NCBI GenBank assembly: GCA_032199065.1
Contig: JAVSCE010016072.1
Location: 116,871 to 180,870 of the forward strand
Source of the DNA: Smutsia gigantea
Lineage: Eukaryota
Length of the DNA: 64,000 nucleotides
Direction: 5' to 3'
Shown here: positions 1 through 13,300 of the stretch, one piece after another
How the letters are laid out: every line of letters starts with the position of its first letter
Position numbering within the stretch: position 1 is the first letter of the stretch
The notes under the pieces: generated by a model
What the model saw: only the letters and a program-made list of their open reading frames with translations
Told to the model about the DNA's origin: nothing
Databases searched by the model: none
Translations under genes and position numbers: made by a program

Positions 1-3000
1 AGGAAAGTGAGGGGACTCCCCAGGAGCCACACACAAAAAGGAAATTAAAAACCAGAGCTGAGTGAGCTGCTCAGTGGTGGTAGATCTTGGCAATGAAGGG
101 GTTTTGGTTTTATACGCACCAGAGACTGGAGGTGAGGCCTTGCCTGGGCATTGAAAGCTGAGACCCTAACACAAAGCTTAGCCCCTTAAAAAGTGACACC
201 CTCAACTGAAGAGTAGAGTAGAAAACAAATATGTCCCCATCAGCCCAGAGGGCACAGAACAATCTTGTCTGTCTCACCCTGAGATCTGGTGCCAATAGAG
301 GGTCTCCCCTGAGAATTCATAACCAAAGATTTGCCATCACCTGGATTTGGGGTTCACAGTTACATTATCTACATGGCCTTGGAAGCCCAAATAAAATGAA
401 CAAGTGACATGGTCCAGGGTTGGTCACACCCCTGAAGCATCCTTGCCAGGAGCAGACACAGAACCTCTTAATGAGACACCCTCAAACCTGGTCACATGGA
501 TTCCCACTGATAAGGACAGGCTAAAAATGAGTTCACAGCCCCAAATTAGAAAAAGGAAGAGGAAATCATCTGTCATGAATGAGGGTAAGCACCCTGGAAC
601 TCCAGACACCAGGATTATTGAGTGAAAGACCATTCAGAAAGTATGTTTTAAATGTCTTTTTAGAAGTACTCAACGTGAGAAAGTAATAAGATGGCATTAA
701 AAATGAGAGGGGAAGGTCTAAAATAAAGGGAATGGAAAAGGGTAAACCTAAGGCATCTATTCATCCCCCAATGACATATTCATCCCCTTTCGGGGGTTCC
801 TGTCACGGCTGAGACCATGGTCTGGGTCTGGGAATGCAAAGACGACTCTGCGGATGGCAAGCTGGGCTCTGCCTCAGGAAGTTCCCGTTCCTCCACGCAC
901 CTAACAAAGTCCCAACAGATTATCTTGTTAAATTGTCAACTCTCTAGTATCAAGAAAGAGCTCAAGGCCCAGGAACACCAAAACCAGTTTTCTAAAGTGT
1001 CCAGTGAGTGGGTGGATGGCAGAACCAGACGGAGAGCCAGGGCCCACCTCCCCAGCGTCCCTGCAGCCACACCTTCACGTCCCTTCCTGCCTCTGCCGAG
1101 CACCTGGTGTGCAGGCGTCTAAGCTCTGTGTGCTATCTCTGCTGTCTCCCTGGGGGACTGTTCACTCCTTCTGGGCAGAGATCCTCAACGCAGGCCTGTC
1201 AGCCAACGGTGACAATGAGAAGTGACATATTTACCCAGCTTGTGAGTGACAGAGATGGGACAGGAGCCCTGATCTCTACCTTGTATCAGTTTTGGGTACT
1301 TGTCTTCTCTCATCCCCTCCACCCTCACATCCCTGCCACTAGAGAGCCTGTGAGCTCCATGAGACTAGGGGCCACCGCTGATTCCTCCGCGCCCAGGGCC
1401 TGGGCTAGGGAAGGTGCTCAGAGGGGAGCACCTGGGGGAGGTCCCTCAGCCTGCTGCTTCTTCAACTTCCAGCTTCCAACGGGTGGGATGGGAGGTCTGG
1501 GCCCAAGGGCTCCACAGCCCTCCTGAGCTGGAAGAGTTCACTCTTGCCTATGCCCAGCAGCGTTTCCCAGGTGTGTGAGCTGGGGCGCTTTCTGGCCAGG
1601 ATTACATAGCACAGGGTAGCTGCTCTGTGCTGGGCTCTCTGTCTCAGTACTTCCTGGGGGGAAGGTCTCACGAAGAGACATTCAAATGTCTGACACTTGC
1701 TGATCCATCCATCCATCCCCTTTTATCAAAGATAGAGCAGATCTTTGGGTCAATGAATACTCCCCAACAGGGAACAATGTCTACTTAGAACTTAGTATCT
1801 TTGTTTACATTCTTTTTCTTTTCATGTTTTACCTTCTATTTATGGCAAGTGATATGGTTTTCCATTTACAGAAGTGATACAAAAAAAAGATTCCTTTTAA
1901 AATAAGTTTATTAAGCAAATAGTAAACCAACTTAAAGAAAAATATAAAGTAAATAATAGTACAGGTGGTAAACTGATATGGCAGAAATCCTAATATTCAT
2001 GACTTAAGTTTGGGAAATCAGACTCCCGAGGAATGGAAACTTCTTCCCCTCTCCCCAACCCCTGGCTCTTCTCCCAAAAGGGAGGTCAACTGATACAGAT
2101 GGCTTGCTGTAGGGCCAAGGACATGTCAGTGCTCTGTTTCTTCGGGGTGAAGTGTTATAAGTAACCCTGTCCTGGGGCTAATCTTTCTCTGGACTGCTCC
2201 AGCAAGCTGGGAGGGAAGATGGCCAGAGGCTGCATTTTGGGAGCTGCCCTGCCCTGTGACAGTGTTCTTTGTCACAGTGGATCAAACTCAGTTCTCCCTG
2301 GCATGGGCCTGCCTCACCCTGGAGGGTAAGATTCAGAGGCTGAGAGATGTTGGCCTTAATAGGACAGGTTGCCCCTTGGTCTTTGTTGACTGGAGGTCCC
2401 ACCTGCAGGCAAAGGAGGGTCTCTCTAGCTTGGCTCGCCAGATTCCCTGTTGAGAGTAGGAGGTCAAAGCCACAGTTCATATGCAATAAGATGCTCCTTG
2501 GCCTGGTTTTTATGTTTTCCTGGAGGCTCTCGGAAGCTGGCATCCTGTCATCTGTTAGCAAGACTGACACTCATCCTCCCCCACTCATCTGTGCTTCGGC
2601 AGCCATGGGGACCCCTTCACTCTGACACAGGCGTCTCAGAGCATGCTGAAGGAAGGTGGACACTGCTGCGCTGGTGCCATTTCCTGCCTGTCTGGTGTCT
2701 TGAATTTTAACGTGGAATGAGATCTTGGAGGCTTCTGGCCAGAGTCGGTCCTACCTCCAGTCCTCTGCACACAGCCCCAGCAGTCAAGCCGAAGCCCCTC
2801 TGGTCTCTCCGGCAGTGCAGGCTCCATCCACACCCAGACGGGGGAATTGAAATCCAGACCTAAAAGTCCTGGGAGGGGCATTTTCTTTGTGGGGCCTCAG
2901 GTATCAGCTGGGTTCATAGGCAGCGACCTCAGGGTCTTAAGGTCTCAGAGGGACCCTCTGAGGTAAGGCCTTCCTCAGGGGTCTCTGGGAGGCCAGTCCT

Positions 3001-3015
3001 CCAGGCCCTGGGGGT

Positions 3016-3675
3016 TCAGAACCCCACAGTGGTCCGACCTTCACGCCTCCAGAAAGCTGAAATCTGCTCCAGAGTGACCCGAGGCTGGAGGCCCCACTCA
3101 GGATCGGGGCTTCCTGGCTGCTGCCTCCGGGGCTGGGGGCTCCCCAAATATGTGCTGGCTTCTGGCCTCTGTTCAGGCTCAGCCCAGCTTACCAGGCCTG
3201 GGGCCTGGGCCCTCTCCTCCCAGAAGGTGCTGTGGGCTGGAGCCTGGGGTGGGGTCTGGGGGACCAAAGAGCGGGGAGGGGAGTGTGGGGCTGAAGGGGC
3301 AGGTGGGGCTGTTGCTCGGGCCTCTAAGGTGCCCTGGGGGGTGGCAGGGTCTGGGGCCCGGTCCATCAGCAGGGGCACGGCAGAGCCATACCAGTCCTCA
3401 AAGCGCTCTTGGGCAGTGCCAGTGGGCTCAATCCACAGCTCTCCTCCAGGGCGCCAGACTAGGGTGGGGGCGTAGTTCCTGGGGTCTGGGCGCAGAGAGC
3501 GGCGAAACAGGCGTTCAGCCAACACAGCTGTAGTTACCAGGAAGAGGGCAGCTAGGGAGGCCAGGGCCAGCATGATGGGGACACAGGGCCCGCAGGGCAG
3601 CAGGGGCCAGGAAAGCGGCTCCGACACAGAGGGCTCCTCCATGTGCGCAGAAGGCTGTACTGGAGTCAAAGGCAT
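3016..3675 (-). CDS. C16orf54: C16orf54-like single-pass transmembrane protein, single coding exon. The upstream in-frame Met at 3687 is probably spurious because a splice acceptor sits directly 5' of the MPLTP start
   Basis: The 223-aa minus-strand ORF reads MPLTP...IMLALASLAALFLVTTAVLAERLFRR...PRVTLEQISAFWRREGRTTVGF. It has one hydrophobic TM helix and a Pro-rich tail. This matches my recollection of human C16orf54 in sequence and in position (upstream of ZG16 on the opposite strand). On the minus strand a polypyrimidine tract plus AG (tttccttcttctcctcacccttgcttctccag) lies immediately before ATGCCTTTG. Confidence 0.75.
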   Translation of the reverse strand: MPLTPVQPSAHMEEPSVSEPLSWPLLPCGPCVPIMLALASLAALFLVTTAVLAERLFRRSLRPDPRNYAPTLVWRPGGELWIEPTGTAQERFEDWYGSAVPLLMDRAPDPATPQGTLEARATAPPAPSAPHSPPRSLVPQTPPQAPAHSTFWEERAQAPGLVSWAEPEQRPEASTYLGSPQPRRQQPGSPDPEWGLQPRVTLEQISAFWRREGRTTVGF

Positions 3676-3769
3676 CTGGAGAAGCAAGGGTGAGGAGAAG
3701 AAGGAAATGAGACAGGGGCGGCACAGCCTAGAAATAGACCTGGGCAGAAGAGCAAAGGGGACCTAGAAC

Positions 3770-4450
3770 GGCAGGAGAGAGTCAGATGGTCGGAGGGATA
3801 GGGCGCCGCCTCGCCCGCAGCGAGACCTGCTGTTCAGGCTGCCCAGCCCCTCCCAGACCCCAGGGCTCCTCAGACAAAACTCGAAGGGCCCCAGAGGCTT
3901 CTTTCCCCAGACTGGGAAGTGGTGGGTGAGTTGAGGAGCACCGCCCCTCCGACGCCCACCCCTGCGCCTGTCCCCCTCCTGCCGCCTTGCCGGCACCTTG
4001 GAGGCCCCTGGGCCCTCACAGCTCCCCGGAGTTGTGCTTGCTCTCGCAGGCTCCACGAGTTTGCTGCTGTACCCGCTCGGGCGCCACCTCCGCACCTGTC
4101 CCCGCCTCTCGTGGTGGTGCCTTCTCTGGCCACTGGCTCCCAGAGTGTCTCTCTGCCTCTGCCCCTTTGCCCACCTGCAGGGGCCTCCCCGGCCACGGTC
4201 AGCCCGCGCCCCTCTGTCCCTTCAGAGATGCTCTCCCGGGCCTGCCTGCCAGGAGGGCACAGGGCAGGAGCCTCAGCTGAGAGCGGAAGGAGGCCACGAC
4301 CTGTTGCTGCACAACTGTGCCTGCTCCCCTGCCCCCGCGGAGTGTTTCCAAGGCAACCTGGGGGATGTGGTCACTGCGGTGGGGAGGCGTTTCCTGGTGA
4401 GAGGTGGGGCCGGAATAGGCAGTGGTTCTGTTGAACTCAGTTTCACCCAC
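3770..4450. promoter_or_regulatory. CpG-rich segment on the transcriptional upstream side of C16orf54. Candidate promoter or non-coding exon 1
   Basis: High GC and CpG density (gcgccgcctcgcccgcagcgag, ccgcggagtg). Lies 5' (on the minus strand) of the coding exon, whose ATG is preceded by an acceptor site. The exon 1 boundaries cannot be set by eye. Confidence 0.3.
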
Positions 4451-4779
4451 AGCAGGCCCCAGGTCCCCAAATACTTATTGGAGGTCCAGACACAAAGGCC
4501 CGTGGGCTTCCAGAGCCCCAAGGCCCTGGTTCTTCCTGCTCCCTGTGACTGCATCCCTGTCCTGCCTAGTAGGTCCCACCGACCTATTCCTGCCGCCAGC
4601 CCCCACGGCTATCCCTCATGACCCGGCCTTCTCCATACTTTTCATGAATGAACATCTCCTAGACTTTTAGATCCATTTAGCCCTGGGTTTTGGTTGGAAA
4701 GTATCTGTGAGGTGAAGCTTGAATAGCAACAATGTCAGGCCTCTGGAGGAGTCCAGGGTGTAAAAACAGGCTTAGGTCC

Positions 4780-7345
4780 ATCACTTTAATACCAAAACCA
4801 AAGACACTACAAAAAAACAAAATTTTAGATCAATATCCCTGATGAACATAGATGCAAAACTCTTGAACAATATATTAGCAAACCAAATCCAAAAATACAT
4901 CAGAAGGATCATCCATCACCACCAAGGATGATTTATTCCAGGGATGCAAGGATGGTACAAGATTCATAATTCAATCAATGTCATACACCACATTAACAAA
5001 AAAGAAGGTTAAAAACCACATGATCATTTCAATAGGTGCTGAAAAAGCATTTGACAAAATTCAACATCCATTCATGATAAAAACTCAACAAAATGGGTAT
5101 AGAGGGAACGTTCCTCAACATATTAAAGGCCATATATGACAAACCCACAGCTAACATCATACTCAATGGCAAAAAGCTGAAAGCTCTTCCTCTAAGATCA
5201 GGAACAAGACAAGGATGTCCACTCTTACCACTTTTATTAAACATAGTACTGGAGGTCCTAGCCACAGCAATCACACAACACAAAGAGATAAAAGGCATCT
5301 AGATTGGTAAGGAAGAAGTTAAACTGTTACTATGTGCAAATAACATGATGCTATAAAACTCCACCAAAAAACTATTAGAACTAATAATTGGATTCAGCAA
5401 AGTTTCAGGATATAAATTAGTACACAGAAATCTGCTGCATTCTTGCATACTAACAGCAAACTAGCAGCAAAAGAAATCAGGAAAACAACTCCATCTATGA
5501 TTGCCTCACATAGAATAAAATACCTAGGAATAAACCTAGTCAAGGAGGGGACGGACAAATACTCTGAAAACTTTAAGACACTCATGAAAGAAATTAAAGA
5601 TACAAATAAGTGGAAATCTATCCCATGCTCATGGATAGGAAAAATTAATATTGTCAAAATGGCCATCCTGCCCAAAGCAATTTACAGATTCAATGCAATC
5701 ACTATCAAAATACCAATGACACTTCTCAATGAACTAGAGCAAATAATCCTAAAATTCATATGGAACCACAAAAGACTCCAAATAGCCAAAGCAATCCTGA
5801 GAAAGAAGAACAAAGCTGGGGGATTATGCACTCTGACTTAAAGCTATACTGCAAAGTTACAGTAATCAAAACAATGTGGTACTGGCACAAGAACAGACCC
5901 AAAGATCAATGGAACATAACAGAGAGCCCAACTGTAAACCCATGCATATATGGTCAGTTAATATATGATAAAGGAGCTGTGAATATACAATGGGGAAAAG
6001 ACAGCCTCTTCAATAACTGGAAAACTGGACAGCTACATGTAAGAGAATGAAACTGGATTATTGTCTAACTCCATACACAAAAGTAAACTCAAAATGGACC
6101 AAAGACTTAAATATAAGACATGAAACCATAAAACTCTTGGCAGAAAACAGGCAAAAATCTCTTGAACATAAGCATGAGCAATTTTTTCCTACAGACATCT
6201 CCTTGGGCAAGGAAAACAAAATAAAAAATGAACAAGTGGGACTACATCAAACTAAAAAAGCTTCTGTGCAGCAAAGGACAACAGAACAAAAAGGTGACCT
6301 ACAGTATGGGAGAATATATTTATAAACCATATCCAATAAGGGTTAACATCCAAAATATATAAAGAACTCATACACCTAACACCAAAAAAATCAAATAACC
6401 CAATTAAAAAATGGGTGGAGGACCTGAGAAGACATTTTTCCAAAGAAGAAATCCATATGGCCAACAGGCACATGAAACGATGCTCCCCATCACTAAACAT
6501 CAGGAAAACGCAAATCAAAATCACGATGAGATATCATCTCACACCAATTATAATGGCCACCATCCAAAAGACAAGAAATAACAAGTGTTGATGAGGATGT
6601 GGAGAAAAGGGAATCCTTCTACACTGTTGGTGGGAATGTAAATTGGTAAAGCCACTGTGGAATGTAGTATGGAGGTTCTTCAAAAACTAAAAATAAAAAT
6701 ATCTTATGATCCAATAATTCCACTTCTAAGAATTTACCCAAAGAAAACAAAATCTATGATTTTAAAAGATATATGCACCCCTAATGCTTATTGCCACATT
6801 ATTTACAGTAGCCAGCATAAGGGAGCAACCAAAGTGTCCATTCATAGTTGAAAGGATAAAGAAGTTGTGGTATACATACACAATGGAATATTATTTAGCC
6901 ATTAAAAAAAATCCTGCCATTTGTGACAACATGGACGGACCTACAGGGTATAATGCCAAGTGAATTAAGCCAGGCAGAGAAAGACAAATACCATATGATT
7001 TCATTTATTTGTGGAATATAAAAACAAAACAAAATGAGCAAAATAGCAATAGACTCATAGACACTGAGAAGTGACTGGTGGTTACCATGGGAGAGGGGTT
7101 GGGTAGGGAGGTGAGAGGGATAAAAGGGCACAAAAATTCTCAATCATAATATAAGTTGGTCACAGGGATGGTAGTACAGCATGGAGAATATAGCCAATGA
7201 TTCTGTAACATCTTTCTTTGTTCAGAGAGAGTAACCACAATAGTGGGGATGAGGATTTAATATTATGGGTAACCGCTGAACCACTTCATTGCATATATGA
7301 AAGGAATATAAGATTGAATATCAATGATACTTCAATAAAAAGAAG
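4780..7345 (+). mobile_element. LINE-1 fragment, 5'-truncated: ORF2 RT domain through 3'UTR, with multiple frameshifts
   Basis: The translated frames give typical L1 ORF2 motifs: [65 protein letters not shown], then MEYYLAIKK. ends near caataaaaagaag. Confidence 0.85.
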
Positions 7346-7361
7346 AACTTTTCCCCATCTT

Positions 7362-7376
7362 TCTGATCACTTTCTT
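7362..7376. repeat. Target site duplication (left copy) of the minus-strand full-length L1
   Basis: tctgatcactttctt is identical to the copy at 13469-13483. It directly abuts the T-rich run, which is the element's poly-A tail read on the plus strand. Confidence 0.8.
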
Positions 7377-10300
7377 TTTTAATTTAATTTTATTTATTAT
7401 TATTATTATTTATAATTTATTTTGGTATCATTAATCTACAATTACATGTGCAATATTATGGTTATTAAACTACCCCCTTCATCAGGTCCCCCCCACCAAC
7501 CCCATTACAGTCACTGTCCATCAGCATAGTGAGATGCTGTAGAATCACTACTTGTCTTCTCTGAGTTGTACAGCCCTCTCCATGCCCCCCCAACATTACA
7601 TCTGCTAATCGTAATGCCCCTTTTTCCCTCTTATGCCTCCCTTCCCACCAATCCTCCCCAGTCCCTTTCCCTTTCGTAACTATTAGTCCGTTCTTGGGTT
7701 CTGTGAGTCTGCTGCTGTTTTGTTCCTTCAGTTTTTTTCTTAGTTCTTATACTCCACATATGAGTAAAATCATTTGATACTTATCTTTTTCAGCTTGGCT
7801 TATTTCACTGAGCATAATACCCTCTAGCTCCATCCATGTTGTTGCAAATGGTAGGATTTGTTTTCTTCTTATGGCTGAATATATACATCTTCTTTATCCA
7901 TTCATCTACGGATGGACACTTAGGTTGCTTCCATTTCTTGGCTATTGTAAATAGTGCTGTGATAAACAAAGGGGTGCATATGTCTTTTTCAAATTGGGCT
8001 GCTGCATTCTTAGGGTAAATTCCTAGGAGTGGATTTCCTGAGTCAAATGGTATTTCTATTTTGAGTTTTTTGAGGAACCTCCATACTGCTTTCCACAATG
8101 GTTGAACTAATTTGCATTCCCACTAGCACTGTAGGAGGGTTCCCCTTTCTCCACATCCTCGCCAACATTTGTTGTTGTTTGTGTTTTGGATGTTGGCCAT
8201 CCTCACTGGTGTGAGGTGATATCTCATTGTGGTTTTAATCTGCATTTCTCTTGATGATTAGCGATGTGGAGCATCTTTTCATGTGCCTGTTGGGCACCTG
8301 AATTTCTTCTTTGGAGAAGTGTCTATTCATGTCCTCTGCCCATTTCTTAATTGGATTATTTGCTTTTTGTTTGTTGAGGTGTGTGAGTTCTTTATATATT
8401 TTGGATGTCAACCCTTATCAGATATGTCATTTATGAATATATTCTCCCATACTGTAGGATGTCTTTTTGTTCTACTGATGGTGTCCTTTGCTGTACAGAA
8501 GCTTTTCAGCTTGATATAGTCCCACTTGTTCATTTTTGCTTTTGTTTCCCTTGCCCAGGCAGATATGTTCATGAAGAAGTCGCTCATGTTTATGTCCAAG
8601 AGATTTTTGCCTATGTTTTTTTCTAAGAGTTTTATGGTTTCATGACTTACATTCAGGTCTTTGATCCACCTTGAGTTTACCTTTGTGTATGGGGTTAGAC
8701 AGTAGTCCAGTTTCATTCTCTTACATGTAGCTGTCCAGTTTTTCCAACACCAGCCACTGAAGAGGCTGTCATCTTCCCATTATATATCCAAGACTCCTTT
8801 ATCAAATATTAATTGACTGTATATGTTTGGGTTAATGTTTGGATTTTCTGTTCCACTGGTCTGTGGGTCTGTTTTTGTGCCAATACCAAATTGTCTTGAT
8901 TACTGTGGCTTTGCAGTAGAGCTTGAAGTCAGGCAGTGTAATTCCCCCTGTTTTATTCCTCCTTCTCAGAATTGCTTTGGCTATTCGGGGTCTTTTGTGG
9001 TTCCATATGAATTTTAGAATTATTTGTTCGAGTTCATTTAAGAAAGCTGTTGGTAGTTTGATAGGGATTGCATTGAATCTGTAGATTGCTTTAGGTAGTA
9101 TAGCCATTTTGACAATATTTATTCTTCCTAGCCAAGAGCATGGGATGCATTTCCATTTGTTAGTGTCCTCTTTAATTTCTCTTAGGAGTGTCTTGTAGTT
9201 TTCAGAGTACAGGTCTTTCACTTCCTTCGTTAGGTTTATTCCTAGGTATTTTATTCTTTTTGATGCAATTGTGAATGGAATTGTTTTTCTGATTTATCTT
9301 TCTGTTAGTTCATCGTTAGTGTATAGGAAAGCAACAGATTTCTGTGTGTTAATTTTGTATCCTGCAACTTTGCTGAATTCATATATTAGTTCTAGTAGTT
9401 TTGGAGTGGAGTCTTTAGGGTTTTTTATGGACAATATCATGTCATCTGCAAATAGTGACTATTTGACTTCTTCTTTACCAATCTGGATGCCTTGTATGTC
9501 TTTGATTTGCCTGATTGCCGTGGCTAGGACCTCCAGTAGTATGTTGAATAACAGTGGAGAGAGTGGGCATCCCTGTCTTGTTCCCGATCTTAGATGAAAA
9601 GCTTTCAGCTTCTCGCTGTTAAGTATGATGTTAGCTGTGGGTTTGTCATGTATGGCCTTTATGATGTTGAGGTACTTGCCGTCTATACCCATTTTGTTGA
9701 GAGTTTTAATCATGAATGGATGCTGAATTTTGTCAAATGCTTTTTCAGCATCTATGGAGATGATCATGCGGTCTCTGTCCTTCTTTTTGTTGATGTGGTG
9801 GATGATGTTGATGAATTTTTGAATGTTGTACCATCCTTTCATCCCTGATCCTCTTCGTGGATTTTTGAATTCGGTTTGCTAATATTTTGTTGAGTATTTT
9901 TGCCTCTACGTTCATCAGGGATATTGGTCTGTAATTTTCTTTTTTGGTGAGGTCTTTGCCCAGTTTTGGTATTAGAGTGATGCTGGCTTCATAGAATGAG
10001 TTTGGAAGTATTCCCTCCTCTTCTATTTTTTGAAAAACTTTAAGGAGAATGGGTGTTATTTCTTCTCTATATGTCTGGTAGAATTCAGAGGTGAATCCAT
10101 CTGGTCCGGGGGTTTTGTTCTTGGGTAGTTTTTTGATTACCATTCGATTTCGTTGCTGGTGATTGGTCTGTTTAGTTTTTCTGTTCCTTGCTTGGTCAGT
10201 CTTGGAAGGTTGTATTTTTCTAAGAAATTGTCCATTTCTTCTAGGTTTTCCAGCTTGTTAGCATATAGATTCTCATAATATTCCCTTATAATTCTTTGTA

Positions 10301-13300
10301 TTTCTGTGGGATCCATCGTGATTTTTCCTTTCTCATTTCTGATTCTGTTTATGTGTGTAGATTCTCTTTTTCTCTTAATGAGTCTGGCTAGGGGTTTATC
10401 TATTTTGTTTATTTTTTCAAAGAACCAGCTCTTGGTTTTATTGATTTTTTCTATTGTTTTATTCTTCTCAATTTTATTTATTTCTTCTCTGATCTTTATT
10501 ATGTTCCTCCTTCTGGTGATTTTGGGCCTCATTTGTTCTTCTTTTTCCAATTTCAGTAATTGTGTCTTTAGACTATTCTTTTAGGAATGTTCTTCCTTCT
10601 TTAAATAGGCCTGGATTGCAATATACTTTCCTCTTAGAACTGCCTTTGCTGCGTCCCACAGAAGTTGTGGCTTTGTGTTGTTGTTGTCATTAGTCTCCAT
10701 ATATTCTTTGATTTCTGTTTTGATTTGGTTGTTAACCCTTTGATTAATTAGGAGAATGTTGTTACATCTCCATTATTTGTGAGCCTTTTTGATTTCTCCC
10801 TAAAATTTATTTCTAGTTTTATACCTTTGTGATCTGAGGAGTTGGTTGGTAGGATTTCAATATTTTTGAAATTACTGAGGTTCTTTTTGTGGCCTAGTAT
10901 GTGGTCTATTCTGGAGAATGTTCCATGTGCATTTGAGAAGAATGTGTATCCTGCTGCTTTTGGGTGTAGAGTTCTGTAGATGTCCATTAGGTCCATCTGT
11001 TCTAGTGTGTTGTTCAGTGCCTCTGTGTCTTTACTTATTCTCTGTCTGGTTGATCTGTCCTTTGGAGTGAGTGGTGTGTTGAAGTCTCCTAAAATGAATG
11101 CTCTCTTTCCTCCTTTAATTCTGTTAGTATTTGTTTCACATATGCTGGTGCTCCTGGGTTGGGTGCATATATATTTATAATCGTTATATCTTCTTGTTGG
11201 ACTGACCTCTTTATCGTTATGTAAGGTCCTTCTTTATCTCTTGCTACTTTCTTCGTTTTGAAGTCTATTTTGTCTGATACAAGTACTGCAACACCTGCTT
11301 TTTTCTCCTTGTTGTTTGCATCAAATATCTTTTTCCATCCCTTCACTTTTAGTCTGTGTATCTCTTTGGGTTTGAGGTGAGTTTCTTGTAGGCAGCATAT
11401 AGATGGGTCTTGCTTTTTTATGCATTCTGTTACTCTGTGTCTTTTGATTGGTGCATTCAGTCCATTTACATTTAGGGTGTGATTATCGATAGATATGTAC
11501 TTATTGCCATTGCTGGCTTTAGATTCGTGGTTACCAAAGGTTCAAGGGTTGCTTCTTTACTATCTAACAATCTAACTTAACTTTCTTGTTAAGTTATTGT
11601 AAACACAGTCTGATGTTTCTTTATTTCTCTCCCTTCTTATTCTTCTTCCTCCATTCTTTATATACTAGGTGTTTTATTCTTTGCCTTTAGTTAGTATTTG
11701 GATGGTCTGCTTTCTTTGCTATGATTTTATTTTCTCTAGTGACATCTTTTTAGCCTTAGGAGTGCTTCCATCTAGAGCAGTTCCTTTAAGATGTCCTGTA
11801 GAGGTGGTTTATGGGAGGCAAATTCTCTCAGCTTTTGCTTGTCTGGAAATTGTTTAATCCCTCCGTCATATTTAAATGATAATCGTGCTGGATACAATAT
11901 TGTTGGTTCGAGGCCCTTCTGTTTTATTACATTACATATATCATGCCATTCTCTTCTGGCCTGTAAGGTTTCTGTTGAGAAGTCTCATGATAGTCTGATA
12001 GGTTTTCCTTTGTAGTGATCTTTTTTCTCTCTCTAGCTGCCTTTAATACTCTCTCTTTATCTTTGATCTTTGCCATTTTAATTATTATGTGTCTTGGTGT
12101 TGTCTTCCTTGGGTCCCTTGTGTGGGAGATCTGTGTGCTTCCGTGGACTGTGAGACCATTTCCTTCCCCGGCATGGGGAAGTTGTCAGCAATTATTTCTT
12201 CAAAGACACTTTCTATCTCTTTTTCTCTCTCTTCTTCCTCTGGTACTCCTATAATGCGAATATTGTTCCATTTGGAGTGGTCACACAGTTCTCTTAATAT
12301 TCTTTCATTCCTAGCGATCCTTTTATCTCTCTCTGCCTCAGCTGCTCTGTATTCCTGTTTTCTGATTTCTATTCCATTAACAGTCTCTTGCATCTCGTCC
12401 AGTCTGCTGCTAAGCCCGTCGATGGCTTGTCTCATTTCTGCATTGTCTTTCCTCACTTCCCTCACTTCCTCCCTCAGCTCTTGCATATTTCTCTGTAGAT
12501 CCATCAGTATGGTTATGACTTTTGTTCTGAATTCTTTTTCAGGAAAGTTGTGCATTTCCATCCCATCAGGTTCCCTCTCTGGGGTTGTCTGGGTCTGGTT
12601 AAGTTTGTTGGTACCATATTCCTCTGTCTTTTCATGGCAATAGAAGTGGTCACTGGTAGGTGCCACATATGTCAGCTGGGCTCTTTAAGACTTTTAAAAA
12701 AAGGAAAAAAGAAAAAAAGAAAGAAGGAACAGAAATAAAAGAAAACAAAAAAAAAAACCCCAAAAATGCCCACCGGGAGTAGATTTTGTGGGGATGCTGT
12801 AGGTGGTGCTGTTGCTCCACTATTTCACAGCCCGGCCGTGCCACTCCGCAGGGCCCTTTGCAGCTCTGGCCGAGGCAGGAAAGAGTGGGAGGCTGTTAAT
12901 CTGTGTAGGAAGTCTGAGTGCAGCTACTTTTCCCAGTTGCCAGCCAAGGGGTCCGAAATTCCCCAGTACTAACAGCCTGCTGGGCCGAGTGTGCTGGGAC
13001 GATCCTGGGCCCTTGTCTCTTTAAGACCACTAAAAAAAAGTGCGCGCTTTTCTTTTGTTCCGGGGAGCCAGCTGCAACGACCCGGGTGCGTTCCCAAGCT
13101 CAGATCCTGCACCCTCTGTCTCTCCAATCTCCGATACACCACACGATGTGTGTCAGCACTCCTGGTGCCGATCACCAGGGCTGGTTATTTCACAGGCCTG
13201 TACTTCCACTCCCTCCCGGCTCTGAATCCTCTCCTCCCACCAGTGCGCTGGGTGGAGGAGTGCTCGGGTCCTGCCGGGTCGCGGCTCCATATCTTGCCTG

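Noticed and set aside
1008-1526. 172-aa plus-strand ORF (and the overlapping 1004-1225 and 817-1122 ORFs)
   Set aside because: No recognisable domain. Pro/Ser/Gly-rich low complexity in GC-rich intergenic DNA downstream of C16orf54. No splice or promoter context. Probably 3'UTR or intergenic.
1850-1930. Possible C16orf54 poly-A signal on the minus strand (tttatt at about 1907-1912)
   Set aside because: Plausible 3'UTR end about 1.1 kb below the stop. AT-rich DNA offers many such hexamers and I have no transcript evidence, so it is not reported as a feature.
3919-4621. Overlapping 171-aa and 207-aa plus-strand ORFs (3919-4434, 3998-4621) and minus-strand ORFs 3763-4196
   Set aside because: They lie in the CpG-rich region. 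The Pro/Arg/Ala-rich composition is typical of spurious ORFs in GC-rich DNA. Mutually overlapping frames on both strands argue against real coding. More likely the C16orf54 promoter or exon 1.
7381-7425. T-rich/(TTA)n run, considered as an independent microsatellite
   Set aside because: It is the poly-A tail of the minus-strand full-length L1 seen from the plus strand. Already explained by that element.
12089-12643. 184-aa plus-strand ORF and its twin at 47371-48027 (218 aa, minus)
   Set aside because: Both are the antisense frame of L1 ORF1. Ser/Leu-rich, arising from the AG-rich sense strand. An artefact that comes along with any L1 ORF1.
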